Positions 60,481-64,000 of a stretch of 64,000 bases of DNA are shown here, in pieces. The notes below the pieces were generated by a model. The model had not been told where the DNA came from. It saw only the letters and a list, made by a program, of their open reading frames with translations, and searched no databases. Each line of letters begins with the position of its first letter. Within the stretch, counting starts at the first letter, position 1. The stretch lies in assembly GCA_964582615.1 (NCBI GenBank), contig CAZORP010000006.1, positions 3,426 to 67,425 of the forward strand. The letters are read 5' to 3'. The stretch comes from an uncultured Gammaproteobacteria bacterium (GTDB lineage: Bacteria > Patescibacteriota > Patescibacteriia > UBA9934). The translations under genes were made by a program, and so were the position numbers.

Positions 60481-60723
60481 TTGAAGAAGCAAAAAGAAAT
60501 GATGGTCGGTGCATCACAGATCGCGCTCGACGCTAAAACCGAAGAATTTCAACAAAGCTATTTTGCCATGTACCGCTTCGCTAACTATGGATCGCATGAA
60601 TTCACATCTACTGAATCGTTCGATATCTCGATATTGGCGGATGCCGATAGAAGAATTAACAATTTCTTTGACGTACTGAAGCTCGTCGATTTAGATCACT
60701 ATAAACACGTGACCAATCTTTAA
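60481..60723 (+). CDS. Small hypothetical protein
   Basis: 80-aa ORF; weak. Confidence 0.25.
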   Translation: MKKQKEMMVGASQIALDAKTEEFQQSYFAMYRFANYGSHEFTSTESFDISILADADRRINNFFDVLKLVDLDHYKHVTNL

Positions 60724-60770
60724 AGGCTTGTAATTTTTTATGTGGTTTCTGAACTGGTAGACTGCAAAAT

Positions 60771-61607
60771 ATGAAAACATATCGAAAGTATTACTCAATT
60801 AGAGCTGGAAAGAAAAATGCAGAAATGGATTTTAACGCCCTCCGTAAAATCTTTTTTAGCGTGTATCAGGAATTCTCAAATAGAGCATATTTTGATGAAT
60901 ATCTTGATGATTATTGCCCTGACTCATCCGGTGTAAATGGAAAAGTCGTGGACGTTTCCGCTTTCTTACTTCGTAAGTTACGGAAAGATAATCTGTGGCC
61001 GATACACCAACACTGGGAAGAATATTCGGAGGAAGATATTTTTGATCTTATAGAATTTTTATTTGATCACGTTTCCGCACCTATCGATGAGAATCCTACG
61101 CGTCACCCATTTTATAACCACTACCATTATGGGCATTTTGATCAAGAACGAGGTAAAGAAGAGTATAGAGACGCTATAAACGAGATGCTCAATGACTATG
61201 GTGCAGGATACGAATTAGGAGGTAACGGAGAAATTTACGCGCTCTTACAGGAAGAGTTTCGTCCACTGCTTGGAGCAAGTATTCCCACTACTGATACTGA
61301 TAATATAGAAAGCAAGATTTCCAAAGCGGTTAATAAATTTAGAAGATATGGCTCAACGCTTGATGAGCGTCACGAGGCGGTGCGGACGCTCGCCGATTGT
61401 TTAGAGTATCTTCGTGAAGACTTGAAGAAAGTCATCACACAAAAAGATGATGGAGATTTATTCCAAATAGCTAACAACTTCGGTATACGCCACCACAATG
61501 ATGTACAGAAGACCAATTATGACAGAACTATTTGGCTGAGTTGGATGTTTTACTTTTATCTCGCGACCCTACATGCAGGATTAAGACTTCTTGCGAGAAA
61601 AAAGTAA
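60771..61607 (+). CDS. Hypothetical protein (278 aa)
   Basis: No motif recognised. AT-rich accessory context. Confidence 0.35.
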   Translation: MKTYRKYYSIRAGKKNAEMDFNALRKIFFSVYQEFSNRAYFDEYLDDYCPDSSGVNGKVVDVSAFLLRKLRKDNLWPIHQHWEEYSEEDIFDLIEFLFDHVSAPIDENPTRHPFYNHYHYGHFDQERGKEEYRDAINEMLNDYGAGYELGGNGEIYALLQEEFRPLLGASIPTTDTDNIESKISKAVNKFRRYGSTLDERHEAVRTLADCLEYLREDLKKVITQKDDGDLFQIANNFGIRHHNDVQKTNYDRTIWLSWMFYFYLATLHAGLRLLARKK

Positions 61608-61797
61608 AGGATTCTCCTCATTCAGAAATACATAGAAGTACGGTTTGCTGTCGGCGTTTCTAACAATTTTCGCTTTCAACTCTCCACTTCGCGCCTTCGC
61701 TTGAACTGTGGTGTGGTGCTAGCCGTATTTTGACGTGAGCTGGCTTACCGAGAGCCACGTTTTATCGTCCAAGACCGCTGGCCCCGGGACGACACCT

Positions 61798-62058
61798 TCA
61801 TCGACTGCCTTTTGAGAGTGGGCACTTGAGACCGTACTGGTCGTACCAGGTCTCGTTATCTCTCATGGATCGACGGCAGAGGTTACAGTCGTAAATTCCG
61901 TAGGTTATCGGAAAGCCATTGGGTTCAGTTTTGAGACGCTCTTCCCACCCTTCAAGTCGCATCTGAATGCTCAGGAGTAGCTCGTCGAATTTCACAAATT
62001 GCCCGATTTCATCATCCGTAAACGTTTGGTTTTGTTCGTATCCTGTTCGTGTTTTCAT
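61798..62058 (-). CDS. Truncated paralog of the Zn-ribbon regulator (Zn-ribbon only, no HTH)
   Basis: ERLKTEPNGFPITYGIYDCNLCRRSM...TWYDQYGLKCPLS aligns with ERLVAEPNGFAVPSNGTYNCIVCYQ...GWFDRFGIKCRPCQ of 57271..57780. It ends just after the second Cys pair. Confidence 0.45.
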   Translation of the reverse strand: MKTRTGYEQNQTFTDDEIGQFVKFDELLLSIQMRLEGWEERLKTEPNGFPITYGIYDCNLCRRSMRDNETWYDQYGLKCPLSKGSR

Positions 62059-62118
62059 ATTTGTTAAAGCCCCTTTATTTTCGCTATTTTCGTTTGGGGT
62101 GACCCTCTGACGTATCGT

Positions 62119-62259
62119 CCCATTTGTCTCACTTTGATGAGACCCGGGTGCCTGTTTTGCCCCATCGAAAGACCCCTCAAACGTTGTCGAAAGATGAGTT
62201 CGAGACCCGTACGCCGAGCCAATGAGACTCGAACTGGAAACGGTTCGAGTCTTGTTTTA
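62119..62259. repeat. Copy B of the conserved structured non-coding element
   Basis: Same position (about 57 nt upstream of the Zn-ribbon paralog start) and same motifs as copy A. Terminal hairpin GACTCGAACtggaaacgGTTCGAGTC followed by ttgtttta on the plus strand. Confidence 0.6.
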
Positions 62260-62287
62260 GACTAGAGAAGAGATAAGTTCTGAACTT

Positions 62288-63373
62288 GTGAAATCACGAG
62301 AAAATTTAAATGATCAAGAATATAGCGAAATAGAGGGTGATTTTAATATTTTCAAAAAATACGAAGGCGCCGATCAATTGCTCCGTGACTTACAAGCGCA
62401 GATAGGCTCAAATTGTGCGAAAGTTCGTCAGATTAGAAAGGGTAGTAACAATGGCTTGTTTGTTTTGACCTTAGATGACGGCCGTAAAATGGTCGCAAAG
62501 TTTTACCAACGTGATCACCGAACTCGATTACTGAGAGAATATTCTGCAAACACATTCTTATCTAAGCAAGACTTCTCAGTAGCGACTCCTATTATTAAAA
62601 ATCAGAAAAAAAACTATGGCGTATATTCCTACGAAGAAGGAGAATCGTTAAATGCCGCTGATGCTTTATCGAGAGACGTTGATCATCTCGCTGTTTTTTT
62701 GGTTCGCCTGCAGCAATTTCGACCATCGGAGGTGCCAAAGAGTTTCGATCGAGCTGTTGCAGTCATGGTCAATGTGCAAGAGGTACTTGATGACAATGAC
62801 CGTCGTATTTCAGCGCTTCAGCAAGCAGCCGCTGATGGAACGGCGCACCCATTGATCAGAGAGTTGCTTGATGTAGATTCACTTACCGACTCTATTCACG
62901 ATCTTACGCAGAGAATCTTGGCAGGATCTGCCGATACTTCTTGGCATGTCGCGCCTGATGATATGCGTCTCAGTCCAGTCGATTTTGGATTCCATAATGC
63001 CTTATTCCGAGGCGATACCCCTCCCGTGATTCTTGATTTGGAATACTTTGGCTGGGACGATCCGCTGCATCCCGTTGCAGATTTCATAGCTCACGATCAG
63101 ACCCTTGGCTTATCACCCCTATTGCGACAGCGATTCATTGACCGTTATGCCTATGGCGTGAATCTGCCCGACCATGAAAGAACTAGGCTTGATGAATTGA
63201 TTGCGCTGACAGAAGTAAAATGGATGGCTATTTACCTACTATCATTAACGCCAAAGTACATACAGAAACGATCCTTCGCTGCGGGCGGAAAGTTTGATGA
63301 AGAAAAGTACATTCGTGAACAGGTGAAAAAGATTGAGACCCGCAAATCCACCATCACGAATCAGACAACATAA
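62288..63373 (+). CDS. APH/choline-kinase-like phosphotransferase family protein
   Basis: Gly-rich loop and Lys (IRKGSNNGLFVLTLDDGRKMVAKFY), catalytic-loop-like VDFGFHNALF and ILDLEYFGWDDP (Brenner/DFG-like). GTG start. Confidence 0.55.
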   Translation: MKSRENLNDQEYSEIEGDFNIFKKYEGADQLLRDLQAQIGSNCAKVRQIRKGSNNGLFVLTLDDGRKMVAKFYQRDHRTRLLREYSANTFLSKQDFSVATPIIKNQKKNYGVYSYEEGESLNAADALSRDVDHLAVFLVRLQQFRPSEVPKSFDRAVAVMVNVQEVLDDNDRRISALQQAAADGTAHPLIRELLDVDSLTDSIHDLTQRILAGSADTSWHVAPDDMRLSPVDFGFHNALFRGDTPPVILDLEYFGWDDPLHPVADFIAHDQTLGLSPLLRQRFIDRYAYGVNLPDHERTRLDELIALTEVKWMAIYLLSLTPKYIQKRSFAAGGKFDEEKYIREQVKKIETRKSTITNQTT

Positions 63374-63402
63374 GCATCTGGCGGTTCAACCTTGTCCCAT
63401 CT

Positions 63403-63449
63403 CGTAGTTCTGAACCCGTTCAGCAATCGGAGCCAACAATTCCTCAGCA
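63403..63449 (+). repeat. Third, degenerate copy of the sequence flanking attR (att remnant)
   Basis: gttctgaacccgttcagcaatcggagcca versus gttctgaacgcgtccagagtgcggagcca at 59421..59449: 23 of 29 identical with conserved spacing. Similarity stops at ggagcca. Confidence 0.4.
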
Positions 63450-63530
63450 AAGATGCTGGGGTTTTGTTATTTAAGGCCGGCAAATCCATCAGGATTTTTT
63501 GGGTGATTTTTGATATAGTACTCGCGAACT

Positions 63531-64000
63531 ATGAAGTCCAAGAAAAGCACGAAAAATCAGCTTGCGGTCTATCAAGGCAAATCGGGAGCAATTGAGCTTA
63601 AGGCTGATGCGACAAAAGAGACGATTTGAGCTACACAGGCTCAAATTGCCGATATTTTTGTTGTTGAACGATCGGTGGTGACAAAACATATTCGCAATAT
63701 TCTTGCGGATAAAGAGTTGGTCGAAAAAAGCAATGTGCAAAAAATGCACATTGCAAATTCAGATAAGCCGGTAGCGTTTTACTCTCTTGATGTTATTTTA
63801 AGTGTTGGCTATAGAACAAATTCAAAGCGAGCTGTTGAATTTAGAAAGTGGGCTACAAGCGTTTTACGTCAGCACATTACGCTCGGGTACACTATCAATC
63901 GCTCCATGGTTGCGGCGCATTATGATGAATTTATAAAAGCCGTTGCAGATATCAAGGCGTTGCTTCCCACGAATCAGGTGGTTGATTCTGATAGTGTACT
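63531..64000 (+). pseudogene. RhuM-family (virulence-protein-like, DNA-binding) gene with an in-frame TGA at a conserved Trp codon; runs off the window end
   Basis: MKSKKSTKNQLAVYQGKSGAIELKADATKETI-TGA-ATQAQIADIFVVERSVVTKHIRNIL...FYSLDVILSVGYRTNSKRAVEFRKWAT matches the RhuM N-terminal domain. The TGA at 63627..63629 sits where the family has Trp (..VW(L/M)(T/N)Q.Q..). Confidence 0.55.

Noticed and set aside
63627-63629. The in-frame TGA in the RhuM-like gene as evidence of an alternative genetic code (UGA read as Trp or Gly)
   Set aside because: Core genes in the window end in TAA, TAG and TGA. TGA is used as a stop in the priA-like ORF, 8011..8742, the GT2 gene ending at 13514, 26232..26771 and terL. 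Long ORFs such as clpB (894 aa) and hsdR (984 aa) contain no internal TGA. A point nonsense mutation is the simpler reading.
1-64000. CRISPR arrays or cas genes
   Set aside because: There are no short regularly spaced direct repeats anywhere. The only Cas4-like domain is inside the DUF2779 fusion, with no adjacent cas1/cas2.

Overview
The window reads as a chromosomal segment of a roughly 50% GC bacterium with compact, partly reduced housekeeping genes. The RpoA ORF is 250 aa with no alpha-CTD, the AlaRS ORF is 598 aa with no C-Ala domain, and the PriA-like ORF has no Walker A motif. The first ~35.5 kb is core genome: gltX (partial), a TagA-like glycosyltransferase, clpB, ppa, a priA-like gene, def-fmt, a five-gene surface polysaccharide cluster (Wzy-like, GT2, GT2, GT4, Wzx-like), a contiguous ribosomal block (rpsI, rplM, rplQ, rpoA, rpsD, rpsK, rpsM, rpmJ, infA), alaS, tatD, metG, rsmI and pepA. 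Stop codons I checked in these genes include TAA, TAG and TGA, so the code looks standard. A tRNA-Asn(GTT) at 35531-35605 is followed by a ~24 kb genomic island (35.6-59.5 kb) bounded by a 47-bp direct repeat that starts in the tRNA 3' end. The island carries, in order: a large serine recombinase, a NucS-like PD-(D/E)XK nuclease, a single-operon type I R-M system with a Fic-like gene and an Abi/UG-like reverse transcriptase wedged between hsdS and hsdR, a PD-(D/E)XK + DUF2779 (Cas4-like + DEDD exonuclease) pair, a higher-GC block with terminase small and large subunits plus two phage-type DNA methyltransferases (one a ParB fusion), and a small acidic protein translationally coupled to a 798-aa AAA_13/RloC-like ABC ATPase with a CxxC zinc-hook motif. 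It ends with a Zn-ribbon/HTH regulator and a membrane protein. Downstream (59.5-64 kb) is further accessory DNA: a Cys-rich membrane-anchored protein, a truncated paralog of the Zn-ribbon regulator, an APH-like kinase and a RhuM-like gene with an in-frame TGA at a conserved Trp codon. A ~110-150 nt non-coding element with hairpins and iterated GAGACCCG motifs sits upstream of both Zn-ribbon paralogs and is more conserved than the genes themselves. The best candidates for novelty are the RT embedded in the hsd operon, the PD-(D/E)XK/DUF2779 nuclease pair, the acidic-protein/RloC-like module, and the duplicated structured non-coding element.
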